Positions 16,482 through 25,099 of a DNA stretch of 35,732 bases are shown here, piece after piece. The position numbers and the translations under genes were made by a program. Position 1 is the first letter of the stretch. Every line of letters begins with the position of its first letter. The stretch covers positions 1-35,732 of the forward strand of contig JAZKYW010000147.1 of NCBI GenBank assembly GCA_045612325.1, read 5' to 3'. The notes beneath the pieces are model-generated. The model worked only from the letters and a program-made list of their open reading frames with translations, had not been told where the DNA came from and searched no databases. Origin of the DNA: Candidatus Limiplasma sp. GTDB lineage: Bacteria > Bacillota > Clostridia > Christensenellales > Aristaeellaceae.

Positions 16482-17895
16482 ATTTGCGGCTGAAAAAACG
16501 GTCCAGCCTGAGAAGAGCGACAGCATATACCTTGGAAGCCAGTATCAGATCCTCAATGCAGACAGCTTCATCCGCCGCATGCGGGCCGCCCAAAGCATTG
16601 GGGAAAGGCTTGCCGAGCGTGCCTGCCCCGAAGGGGATGGAGCGCGGGAAGATGCGCGAGTAAGTACCGCCGCCGCAAACATACGGCTGAGGCCTTCGGG
16701 ACAGCAGTTCGCGGCAGGTTTCAAGCAGCAGGGCGATTTCGGGCTGCTTGGGGTCATCGCATCGCGGAGGGTCAATGCAAACATTTTCAAGACGAAGACC
16801 AAGCTGCTCGCAGCGTTTTGTGAGCCTGTTCAGCAGGATGCCCGACTGCTGGGTAACGGCGAAGCGTATGTTCAGATGTACTTTCAATAGGCCGCTCTGC
16901 AGGGAAAGCAGCGTGGGCACGCAGGTGGTGCGGCCTGAAAGCGTATCTGCATAGCTGATATGCAGGCCTGTTCCGTCGTCATCGGCAAGTGCCTTCAGCA
17001 AAACGCTCAGGGCCTGCTTCTCGGCAGCATCGAGCGTGCCGCTGTTCGTCAGGCACTGAAGCAGCAGCCTGACGGCGTTTGAGCCTGCCGCAGGCGCGGC
17101 GCAATGCGCAGCCTTACCATGGGCGTGCAGGGCGAATGCATCGCCATCCTGTTCCAAGGTGAGGTGGGGGAAGGACGCACACATCCCGGTCAGCTTTTGT
17201 GGGTCTGCAAGCTGCAGCACAGCCAGCGCATGGGCGGGGACGGTGTTGGGCGCATCGCCGCCTTCCAGTTTGAGCAGATTGCCCCTTGGCAGGGGCATGA
17301 CCAAATCCGCCGTCAGGATGCCCTTTTCGCCGATGCCTACTGCCCACGCGCCATCGCAATTCAGCGTGAAGCGTGGCGGCTCGTGCGCGGCAAGGTAGTG
17401 GCGGATATCCCGCATTTCGCGTTCTTCATCGCAGCCTGCAATCAAACGGATATTCGAAGCGGTATCAATGCCCAGCTCCTGCATGCAGCGCAGCGTGTAT
17501 AAAGCCATCAGCAGCGGGCCTTTGTTGTCAGCTGCACCGCGCCCGATGACCCAGCCGTATTTCTCGGTTGCGTCAAACGGCGGATACTTCCAGCCTGTGT
17601 CTTCCGGCACCACGTCCAGATGCCCCAGAATGCCCAGCTCGTTTTGGCTGCTGAAACCGCGTTTGATGATGCTTAGGGTATAGCCTTCATCACGTTCAAT
17701 TTCAAAGCCGAAGCGCTGCGCGATTTGGGCAAAGCCTTCCAGCACTTCGTGGCATCCGCTTCCCATAGGATAGCCGCCTTCGCCGTATTCCGTTACGGAG
17801 CGGATGCTGATGAGCGAAACGAGGTCGCGCACAAATTCATCCCTGTGAGCGCGCATCCAGCGCTCTGCTTTGGCGGCGATTCGTGTGTCGCTCAT
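16480..17895 (-). CDS. M20-family dipeptidase (PepV/Sapep-like)
   Basis: 471 aa. ILGHLDVVPEDTGWKYPPFDATEKYGWVIGRGAADNKGPLL is the M20 metal-binding signature. AAGGGAGG lies upstream of the ATG at 17895. The track ORF's additional 400 N-terminal codons are antisense to the C11 gene. Confidence 0.85.
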   Translation of the reverse strand: MSDTRIAAKAERWMRAHRDEFVRDLVSLISIRSVTEYGEGGYPMGSGCHEVLEGFAQIAQRFGFEIERDEGYTLSIIKRGFSSQNELGILGHLDVVPEDTGWKYPPFDATEKYGWVIGRGAADNKGPLLMALYTLRCMQELGIDTASNIRLIAGCDEEREMRDIRHYLAAHEPPRFTLNCDGAWAVGIGEKGILTADLVMPLPRGNLLKLEGGDAPNTVPAHALAVLQLADPQKLTGMCASFPHLTLEQDGDAFALHAHGKAAHCAAPAAGSNAVRLLLQCLTNSGTLDAAEKQALSVLLKALADDDGTGLHISYADTLSGRTTCVPTLLSLQSGLLKVHLNIRFAVTQQSGILLNRLTKRCEQLGLRLENVCIDPPRCDDPKQPEIALLLETCRELLSRRPQPYVCGGGTYSRIFPRSIPFGAGTLGKPFPNALGGPHAADEAVCIEDLILASKVYAVALLRLDRFFSRK

Positions 17896-17973
17896 CGGTC
17901 GGCCTCCCTTCATACGATTTGATGGTAGTATAAATGACAGCTGTTTGTTTGGCAAGGGCGGTTTGTAGCGCGC

Positions 17974-18003
17974 TTGACATGCGCACAATCTGCAAACTAT
18001 AAT
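17974..18003 (+). promoter_or_regulatory. SigA promoter of the C11 peptidase gene
   Basis: TTGACA (17974-17979), 18 nt, then TATAAT (17998-18003). Confidence 0.6.
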
Positions 18004-18036
18004 GAATTCAGAGAAACCCTTTGCGGAGGAAAGATC

Positions 18037-21000
18037 ATGAAACGCCTGTTGGCTATGATTTTGATATTGTTCAGTCTGATTTTGCAGGCGGCAGTATGTG
18101 AAAGTGAAACCGCGCTGACCCTGATGGTATATCTTTGCGGCAGCAATCTGGAAACCGAAGCGGGCGCAGCGAGCGCCGACCTTGCGGAGATGATGACGTA
18201 TGTTCCGCGGGACGGCAGCATGCGCATTCTTGTAATGCCATCCGGCTCCAAGGAATGGCGCACGGATATCAGCACCGATGAAACAGCCATTTATGAACTG
18301 AGCAACGATGGGCTTGAGCAGCTTTGTACTCTGCCTGCACAGAGCATGGGAGAGCCGTCCGCGCTGACGGCTTTGCTGGATTACGGCTACACGCACGCGC
18401 CCGCACAGCGTTATGCGCTGGTGATGTGGGACCATGGAGCAGGCCCCAACATGGGCCTTTGCTTTGACGAACGATACACCACCGAAAACGGTATGGACGG
18501 CCTGACTTTGACCGAACTTTCCGCTGCGCTTGCCGCCAGTCCCGCCGCGCAAACCAATCTTTCGTGGATCGGTTTTGACGCGTGCCTGATGGCATCGGTG
18601 GAGACGGCCTGCGTTGTCGCCCCCTATGCGGATTACATGATCGCCTCGCAGGAGACTGAGCCTGCAACCGGATGGAACTATGCGTTTCTCACACAGGCGG
18701 CGGAGGATGTATCGGGCGCTGAAACGGGCCGCAGAGTGATCGATGCGTATTTTGAGTCCCTTGCCGATTCCATGGCTTCGGTTACATTGTCCTGCATTGA
18801 TTTGCGCAATCTGTCCGCCGTCAGCACGGCGATGGATGAATTGTTCAACGGTCTGCATCTGGATTTGAATGAGCAAAGCTATCCCGATTTTGCCGATTGC
18901 CGCGTCAACGCCAAAACGCTTGGTTATGCCACCAGCTATGAGTATGACCTCATCGACCTTGTCGACCTGCTGCAGCTGTATCAGGAGGAGGGTGTTGCGG
19001 ATTGCTCGGCATTGCTTTCGCAGCTTGAAAGCACCATCGTGGAAAGCCGCAGCAACATGCCCTTCATCAACGGGCTCAGTATCTATTATCCTCATTACGG
19101 CGCAGAGCAGGAGGGCGAGCTTTCGCCTTCTGTCGGCTACGAAGCGTTTATCGCGGATATGTCCGCCATCCGTCTAGGTGAGCCGCTGACCGACTGGAGC
19201 CAGCGTTATCAGCCCACGGCTGCGCTGGAGGACGGCATTACGCAGGTGAGCATGGCGCTGACGGCTGAGCAGGCCCAAAGTCTTGATACCGCCACGCTGT
19301 ACATCATCAAAAAGATGTCAGGAAAAGATTATCAGCCGGTATACAGAACCAACGAGGTCACGCTGACGGACGAGCACATGCTGACCGCCACCTATAAAGA
19401 ACAGGCGCTGTTTATTGTGAACGCACAGGGCGAAGCTGTTTCCGATGCGCTGCCTTACTCGCTTCAGGGCGATGCGGTGGTGCTCAACGCTATGCTCCAA
19501 CGCAGCGGCGATATTCTTGAAGACGATTGGTACGCGTTTGCTGACCTTTACTTCCGTCAGGATGAACAGGGAAAGTATCGTTTGAGCGAAGTGCGCGAAA
19601 GAACCGACGACCCTATGCTGCAGGGTAAGGCGACCCTTCGTCTGGAGGATTACGAAACGATCAGCATCATGCAGGGCAGTGTAACGCCTGTTTTTGCGGA
19701 GGATGGCAGTCTGCTGCCGCCTGCACAGTGGCCCAGAGGCGACATGTCCTACGGCTGGTGGTTTGACATGGCCGATTTTCCCGGCTGGAGCGTTGATTTT
19801 CTTTCCCGGCAGGATGGGCGTGAGCGTTATGCCCTGCTGCAGATGACCGATACACAGAATCAGGTGATCGTAAGCGAGATGGTAGCCATCCCCAATCCCT
19901 GCATCACCGATATCCCCGTGCAGCAGCAAACGCTGGTGGATAATGATACGTGCTGCATCCGTTTCATCGCCGCGAGTGAGGTGCAGGGAGCAGACCCGGC
20001 GCTGAGGCTTTTGTTCACTTCCGAAAACAAAGATGCGCAAAGCATTGATGTGAGCACACGGACGGTACAGCTGGATCAAACCATCGTTTCACATTTTTCA
20101 CCGATGGCATCCGCTGTTGAAGCAGGGGCAACAGAAACCTTTGAAGTGGAAATCCGGAAAGAAACACTGGAAGAAATGGGCGTTCAATCCGTAGAAAAAG
20201 TACGGCTGGGTTTAGCCGTCAATCGCGGATATACTGAGCCGATTTTTGAGCAGGACGTAGAGTTCACCCTCGCTGCCGACTTGAGCGTTCTGGCACCCGA
20301 GCCTGTGCAGCACGTTATTCAGGCGACGGCTGAGTGGGATGGGCTTTCCTTTGAAATCTTTGATCTTTCTGTCGATGAGGACGAATATGTTATCGGCCAG
20401 ATGCGTATCCGCAATCTCACCGACGCGACCGTGGTCATGGATACAAGCACCTTTTATCTGAATGAATTGGAGTTGTCCGGTTATCTGACCGGCCGGATTG
20501 GTACACTGACCTTCCCTGCCGGAACGACCTATCACACGGGATTCAGAATCAATACGAAAGCATATCTTAACGAGAACGCGCGGCCCGAAAGCGGGCATTG
20601 CCTGCTGCAGGCGATGGGAATGACGCAGCTGAATACGCTTGCCATGAACGTATATCATGACAGCTGGAATGAACAGTCACGTGTGACATTCACGCTTTCA
20701 CAGCCCATGGCGCTGCCTGTGGAAGAAAATCTCAAACGGGTGGATAAATGGCATGTGCTGTACAGTAAAGATGGCGTGACGGTTTATCTGGCGGACTGCA
20801 CCTGGGAGCCTGACAGCGAATATCAGGCCCAGTACCGCAACATCAATTTGCTGATTGACAACACAACGGATGCGGATGTGGATATTCAAATTCCAATGCG
20901 TTCGGAAAACTTTACACCTTATATGACCGTCAACGGACAGCAGGTGCGATATGCAGGTACGCCGGTAGGAAAAGCCAACAGCAAATGCATGGAGAAAATC

Positions 21001-21189
21001 TGGTATACTGTTGAGGATGCGAACGACGCCATCCAAACGGTGGCTATGGCGCTGCACATTACCGATGCAAACGGCAGGGATGACGTGGTGGCAGTGAACA
21101 TAGAAGCGCTCAGCGAAGCCCGCACGGAGGATGAATACCGTGTGCTGGATGCGGAAATGATGGATGTCGATGTTGCTGTGGCTGATTGA
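18037..21189 (+). CDS. secreted clostripain-family (C11) cysteine peptidase with a ~680-aa C-terminal extension
   Basis: Signal peptide MKRLLAMILILFSLILQAAV. C11 hallmarks are LMVYLCGSNLE, VMWDHGAGP (catalytic His-Gly) and IGFDACLMAS (catalytic Cys). GGAGGA lies 7 nt upstream of the ATG at 18037. Confidence 0.8.
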   Translation: MKRLLAMILILFSLILQAAVCESETALTLMVYLCGSNLETEAGAASADLAEMMTYVPRDGSMRILVMPSGSKEWRTDISTDETAIYELSNDGLEQLCTLPAQSMGEPSALTALLDYGYTHAPAQRYALVMWDHGAGPNMGLCFDERYTTENGMDGLTLTELSAALAASPAAQTNLSWIGFDACLMASVETACVVAPYADYMIASQETEPATGWNYAFLTQAAEDVSGAETGRRVIDAYFESLADSMASVTLSCIDLRNLSAVSTAMDELFNGLHLDLNEQSYPDFADCRVNAKTLGYATSYEYDLIDLVDLLQLYQEEGVADCSALLSQLESTIVESRSNMPFINGLSIYYPHYGAEQEGELSPSVGYEAFIADMSAIRLGEPLTDWSQRYQPTAALEDGITQVSMALTAEQAQSLDTATLYIIKKMSGKDYQPVYRTNEVTLTDEHMLTATYKEQALFIVNAQGEAVSDALPYSLQGDAVVLNAMLQRSGDILEDDWYAFADLYFRQDEQGKYRLSEVRERTDDPMLQGKATLRLEDYETISIMQGSVTPVFAEDGSLLPPAQWPRGDMSYGWWFDMADFPGWSVDFLSRQDGRERYALLQMTDTQNQVIVSEMVAIPNPCITDIPVQQQTLVDNDTCCIRFIAASEVQGADPALRLLFTSENKDAQSIDVSTRTVQLDQTIVSHFSPMASAVEAGATETFEVEIRKETLEEMGVQSVEKVRLGLAVNRGYTEPIFEQDVEFTLAADLSVLAPEPVQHVIQATAEWDGLSFEIFDLSVDEDEYVIGQMRIRNLTDATVVMDTSTFYLNELELSGYLTGRIGTLTFPAGTTYHTGFRINTKAYLNENARPESGHCLLQAMGMTQLNTLAMNVYHDSWNEQSRVTFTLSQPMALPVEENLKRVDKWHVLYSKDGVTVYLADCTWEPDSEYQAQYRNINLLIDNTTDADVDIQIPMRSENFTPYMTVNGQQVRYAGTPVGKANSKCMEKIWYTVEDANDAIQTVAMALHITDANGRDDVVAVNIEALSEARTEDEYRVLDAEMMDVDVAVAD

Positions 21190-21229
21190 TCGTGACACGA
21201 ATTGTGTACCGTAAGTGGAGGGGATTATC

Positions 21230-22150
21230 TTGAATATCCTGCATATGAAATACGCTGTAGAGGTGGCGAAGGCGGGGTCGCTGAACAAGGCGGCGCAGAC
21301 GCTGCTCATCGCGCAGCCTAACCTGAGCCGTTCCATCAGGGAACTGGAGGCAGACCTGGGCATCGTGATTTTCGACCGCTCTGCCAAAGGCATGATGCTT
21401 ACCCCGGAAGGACAGGAGTTTGTGGGCTATGCCCGCAGCATCCTCAGGCAGATCGATCAGGTGGAAAACATGTATAAGGATACCTCTGCAGCCAAACAGA
21501 GGTTTTCCATCTCGGTGCCGCGCGCTTGCTATATCTCCGAAGCGTTCGCACAGTTTTCGCGTACGCTGACGGATGAGGCTGCGGAGGTGTTTTATAAGGA
21601 GACCAACTCGCAGCGCACCATCCGTAACCTGCTGGAGCATGATTTCAGGCTGGGCATCATCCGCTATGCAGAGAACTACGACAAGTACTTCGGCACCATG
21701 CTGGAGGAAAAGGAACTGACAGGCGAGATGATCTGTGAATTTACCTATCGCCTGATCATGAGCCGCCAGCATCCTTTGGCAGCGAAGGAAGAGATCACCT
21801 TTGCCGACCTGCGCCCCTTTATCGAGATCGCCCATGCCGACCCGTACGTACCCTCGCTGCCGCTTTCCAAGGTGGTCAAGGAGGAACTGCCCGATAACAT
21901 CGACCGCAGAATTTTCATCTACGAACGCGCCAGCCAGTTTGACCTGCTGAGCGAAAATCCGCAAACGTTTATGTGGGTATCGCCCGTGCCCGAAAAGCTG
22001 CTGGAGCGCTACGGGCTTGTGCAGCGCAAGTGCATAGAAAACCACAAGGTCTACCGCGATGTGCTGATTTATCGCAAAGGATATAAGCTGACCGCGCTGG
22101 ACAACGCTTTTATCACGGAGTTGTGTATGGCAAAGCGAAAATATCTGTAA
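21230..22150 (+). CDS. LysR-family transcriptional regulator
   Basis: N-terminal wHTH (L)NILHMKYAVEVAKAGSLNKAAQTLLIAQPNLSRSIRELEADLGIVIFDR. TTG start at 21230, 6 nt after GGAGGGG (alternative ATG at 21245). It begins 40 nt after the C11 stop with no terminator in between. Confidence 0.85.
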   Translation: MNILHMKYAVEVAKAGSLNKAAQTLLIAQPNLSRSIRELEADLGIVIFDRSAKGMMLTPEGQEFVGYARSILRQIDQVENMYKDTSAAKQRFSISVPRACYISEAFAQFSRTLTDEAAEVFYKETNSQRTIRNLLEHDFRLGIIRYAENYDKYFGTMLEEKELTGEMICEFTYRLIMSRQHPLAAKEEITFADLRPFIEIAHADPYVPSLPLSKVVKEELPDNIDRRIFIYERASQFDLLSENPQTFMWVSPVPEKLLERYGLVQRKCIENHKVYRDVLIYRKGYKLTALDNAFITELCMAKRKYL

Positions 22151-22175
22151 GGCAGGGTAAAACCTGCCTTTTTTG
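22149..22175 (+). terminator. intrinsic terminator of the LysR gene
   Basis: Stem aaggcagg / cctgcctt, loop gtaaaa, then TTTTGT. Confidence 0.7.
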
Positions 22176-22238
22176 TCTGTTAAATGCCCTTTTCCTCCGT
22201 ATATCAAAAATGATCATACCCCTATAACAATTTTAGAA

Positions 22239-22267
22239 TTGCCAAAACGGGATTCTGTTGTTAAAAT
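22239..22267 (+). promoter_or_regulatory. SigA promoter of the kinase / HydS operon
   Basis: TTGCCA (22239-22244), 17 nt, then TAAAAT (22262-22267). Confidence 0.55.
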
Positions 22268-22275
22268 CTTAACGA
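22258..22275. promoter_or_regulatory. putative Rex (NADH/NAD+-sensing repressor) operator overlapping the -10 box
   Basis: TTGTTAA-aatc-TTAACGA matches the clostridial Rex consensus TTGTTAA-N4-TTAACAA at 13 of 14 specified positions. Confidence 0.45.
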
Positions 22276-22323
22276 GGCAGTAATGTACAGGGGTGTACTC
22301 TGCCTGCAGGGAGGAATGCTGCT

Positions 22324-23073
22324 TTGATGATGGACCGTATCATTGCCGTGCGCAATCAAAAAACCATTTACCGCGACGGCAGCAAGTGCATCAAAGTTTT
22401 CAATGAGGATTATTCCAAAGCGGATATTTTGAGCGAAGCGCTCCATCAGGCGTGCGCGGAGCAGACGGGTCTGCACGTGCCGCGTATTCTGGAAGTGACC
22501 ACCATGGATGGCAAGTGGGCAATCGTTTCCGAATACATAAAAGGAAAAACTTTGTCGCAAAAGATGCAGGAAACTCCCCAAGAAATCGAGAAATATTTCA
22601 CAATGTATGTGGATCTTCAGCTGAAGGTGCATGCCCAAAAATGTCCGCTGCTGCCTAAGCTCAGCGACAAGCTGAACCGCAACATCAGCCTGATGGAAAC
22701 AGACGAAGCCCTGCGCTGCGAGCTGAAAAACCGTCTGGCTGCCATGCCCGAGCACACCCGGCTGTGCCACGGCGATTTTAACCCCTCCAACATCATCATT
22801 GCCGAAAACGGAGCACCTTACATTCTGGATTGGTCGCATGCCGCGCAGGGAGACCCCGCTGCCGATGCCGCCTGTGCGTATCTGCTGTTTTGCCTCAATG
22901 GCGACAGTGAAGGCGCACAGCGGTATCTGGAGCTTTTCTGCCGAAAGAGCGGCACGAGCAAAGCGAGTGTGCAGGGTTGGATGCCCATTGTGGCTGCCGC
23001 CCGTTCCGTCAAGGGAAACGCCGGCGAGCGGGATGTTCTGCTCAGTTGGCTCAATGCTGTTGATTGCCATTAA
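22324..23073 (+). CDS. APH/choline-kinase-fold phosphotransferase (kinase-like)
   Basis: 249 aa. Beta-3 Lys in SKCIKVF, catalytic loop LCHGDFNPSNIII and ILDWSHA (DxS in place of DFG). GGGAGGA lies 8 nt upstream of the TTG at 22324 (ATG alternatives at 22327 and 22330). Confidence 0.7.
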   Translation: MMMDRIIAVRNQKTIYRDGSKCIKVFNEDYSKADILSEALHQACAEQTGLHVPRILEVTTMDGKWAIVSEYIKGKTLSQKMQETPQEIEKYFTMYVDLQLKVHAQKCPLLPKLSDKLNRNISLMETDEALRCELKNRLAAMPEHTRLCHGDFNPSNIIIAENGAPYILDWSHAAQGDPAADAACAYLLFCLNGDSEGAQRYLELFCRKSGTSKASVQGWMPIVAAARSVKGNAGERDVLLSWLNAVDCH

Positions 23074-23107
23074 TCCCCCCCGTATTTACAAAAAGGAGAT
23101 CATCGCA

Positions 23108-23347
23108 ATGAAAATTACCATCTGCATCGGTTCCAGCTGCCACCTCAAGGGCTCCCGCCAGATCGTTGAAGAGCTTCAGCGCCTGGTGAAGGAAAACAAC
23201 CTGAATGACAAGGTGGAACTGGCCGGCCAGTTCTGCATGGGCAACTGCCAGAACGGCGTTTGCGTTACCGTAGACGGCGAAGCCTTCTCCCTTACCCCCG
23301 AAACCACCCGCGCATTCTTTGAGAAGGACATTCTGCCCCGTCTGTAA
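23108..23347 (+). CDS. thioredoxin-like [2Fe-2S] ferredoxin (HfsA/NuoE-like small subunit)
   Basis: 79 aa, MKITICIGSSCHLKGS...QFCMGNCQNG, giving C6-x4-C11 ... C44-x3-C48. AGGAG lies 10 nt upstream of the ATG at 23108. Confidence 0.7.
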   Translation: MKITICIGSSCHLKGSRQIVEELQRLVKENNLNDKVELAGQFCMGNCQNGVCVTVDGEAFSLTPETTRAFFEKDILPRL

Positions 23348-23422
23348 TTTCTGAATTCAAAAGCAAAGGGCTGGCGCACAAACGCGTCAGCCCTGCAGTG
23401 CTGTTCACGGGAGGAACGCCAC

Positions 23423-25099
23423 ATGCAGGAAATACTCAACCTGAACAAAAACAACTGTACCGACTGTTATAAGTGTATCCGCGACTGCTCTGTCAAGGCC
23501 ATCACCTTTGCCAAGGATACGGCCGAGATCGTGCATGAGGATTGCATCCTCTGCGGCCGCTGCTATGTTACCTGCCCGCAGAAGGCCAAGCAGGTGCGTG
23601 ATGATATCACCCGCATCAAGGCAGCTATCCTCAGCAGCCGCCGCGTGGTGGTCAGCCTTGCGCCCTCCTTTATTGCCAACTTCCGCATCCGTTCGCTGGA
23701 AGTGATCACCGAAGCCCTGCAGAAGCTGGGCTTTGATGAGGTGCAGGAAACCGCCATCGGCGCTCAGCTGGTCAGTGAGGAATACGAAAAGATCATGCGC
23801 GAGGAAAAGCTGCCGGTCATTATTTCCAGCTGCTGTCCCTCGATCAACATGCTCATCAAAAAGTATTATCCCACCATGCTTCCTTATCTGGCGAAGGTGC
23901 TCACCCCCATGGAAGCGCACTGCAAGCTGATCAAGCAGGAGCAGCCCGATGCATTCACCGTGTTCATCGGCCCCTGCATCGCCAAAAAGAAGGAAGGCGA
24001 CGACAGCCCCTACGTGGATGCCGTGCTCACCTATGACGAGCTGGCTGACTGGTTCCACAAGGAAGAGATCAAGCTGCCCTACGAGCATGTAGACCCCGCG
24101 AGCGAAGGCGCGCTGGCCCGTCTGTATCCCGCTACCGGCGGCGTGCTGAAGGCTACCGCCAAGGTGGGCGGCTACCGCCGCATCGCCATCGACGGCGTGG
24201 ATAACTGCCGCAGCGTATTTGACGAGATCGAGAAGAGCTTCTTCAACAAGGTGTTCATTGAGATGCGCGCCTGCGAAGGCAGCTGCGGCAACGGCCCCTG
24301 CATCCGCGACCACGCCGAGCGCCGCCTCAAGGGCGCCATGCGTGTTGATACCTTTGCCGGCAGCGGTGAAACGCCCTATGTGGTGCCCAACAAGCCCGAC
24401 ATTCAGGCCACCTACGGCTTCGAAGGCGGCAACAAGGTCAAGTTTGGCAGCGACGCCATCCGCGACATGCTCTACAAGATGGGCAAGACCAGCCCCGAGA
24501 AGGAGCTCAACTGCGGCTCCTGCGGCTATCCCACCTGCCGCGACAAGGCCATCGCCATTCTGGAAGGCAAGGCCAAGATCGAGATGTGTCTGCCCTTCCT
24601 GAAGGAAAAGGCCGAAAGCTTCTCCGATACCATTATTTACAACACGCCCACCGCCATCCTCGTAATGGACGAGGACCTGGTCGTTCAGCAGATCAACCCG
24701 TCGGCTATCAAGATGTTCAAGCTGAAGGACGCCAACGAGATCCTGCATGAGCATGTGGTCAAGATCCTCAATCCCGCCAATTACCAGATGATCGTCAATG
24801 CCGCGCTGCACACCCAGCATCACAGGTACCGTCTGGAGGAGTATGGCGTGCACGTGGACGAGACCATCCTCTACGACCGTCAGTATCACGTAGTCATTAC
24901 GCTTATGCGCGATGTGACCGAGCACGAAAAGCTGCGTCAGCAGGGTGCGGAACTGCGCCAGCAGACCGCCGAAGTCACCAACAAGGTGATCGACAAGCAG
25001 ATGCGCATCGTGCAGGAGATCGCTTCTCTGCTGGGTGAAACCACCGCCGAAACCCAGATCGCTCTTACCAAACTGAAGGATGCGATGGCCCATGAGTGA
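23423..25099 (+). CDS. hydS: sensory (group C, HydS/HfsB-type) [FeFe]-hydrogenase with C-terminal PAS domain
   Basis: Two ferredoxin motifs (CTDCYKCIRDC, CILCGRCYVTCP). H-cluster motifs SSCCPS, GPCIAKKKE and EMRACEGSCGNG. An extra C364-x2-C367-x4-C372-x16-C389 motif. A PAS-like segment spans about residues 400-500, followed by a coiled-coil tail. GGGAGGA lies 6 nt upstream. Confidence 0.85.
   Translation: MQEILNLNKNNCTDCYKCIRDCSVKAITFAKDTAEIVHEDCILCGRCYVTCPQKAKQVRDDITRIKAAILSSRRVVVSLAPSFIANFRIRSLEVITEALQKLGFDEVQETAIGAQLVSEEYEKIMREEKLPVIISSCCPSINMLIKKYYPTMLPYLAKVLTPMEAHCKLIKQEQPDAFTVFIGPCIAKKKEGDDSPYVDAVLTYDELADWFHKEEIKLPYEHVDPASEGALARLYPATGGVLKATAKVGGYRRIAIDGVDNCRSVFDEIEKSFFNKVFIEMRACEGSCGNGPCIRDHAERRLKGAMRVDTFAGSGETPYVVPNKPDIQATYGFEGGNKVKFGSDAIRDMLYKMGKTSPEKELNCGSCGYPTCRDKAIAILEGKAKIEMCLPFLKEKAESFSDTIIYNTPTAILVMDEDLVVQQINPSAIKMFKLKDANEILHEHVVKILNPANYQMIVNAALHTQHHRYRLEEYGVHVDETILYDRQYHVVITLMRDVTEHEKLRQQGAELRQQTAEVTNKVIDKQMRIVQEIASLLGETTAETQIALTKLKDAMAHE

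Noticed and set aside
17896-19095. 400-codon N-terminal extension of the 871-aa track ORF (16480-19095, minus strand)
   Set aside because: The M20 dipeptidase starts at 17895 (MSDTRIAAKA...) with AAGGGAGG upstream. The extension crosses the divergent promoter and is antisense to the C11 peptidase gene.
19318-23070. Minus-strand ORFs 19318-20079, 20212-20658, 20698-21393, 21110-22207 and 22261-23070
   Set aside because: They are antisense to the C11 peptidase, LysR and kinase-like genes. They have no RBS or domain signatures, and several span gene boundaries and terminators.
23365-23392. Hairpin AGGGCTG-GCG-cacaaa-CGC-gt-CAGCCCT between the ferredoxin and hydS, considered as a terminator
   Set aside because: No U-tract follows it (gcagtgctgttcac), and the hydS RBS lies about 17 nt downstream. 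It is more likely an intra-operon structure than a terminator, so it is not called as a feature.
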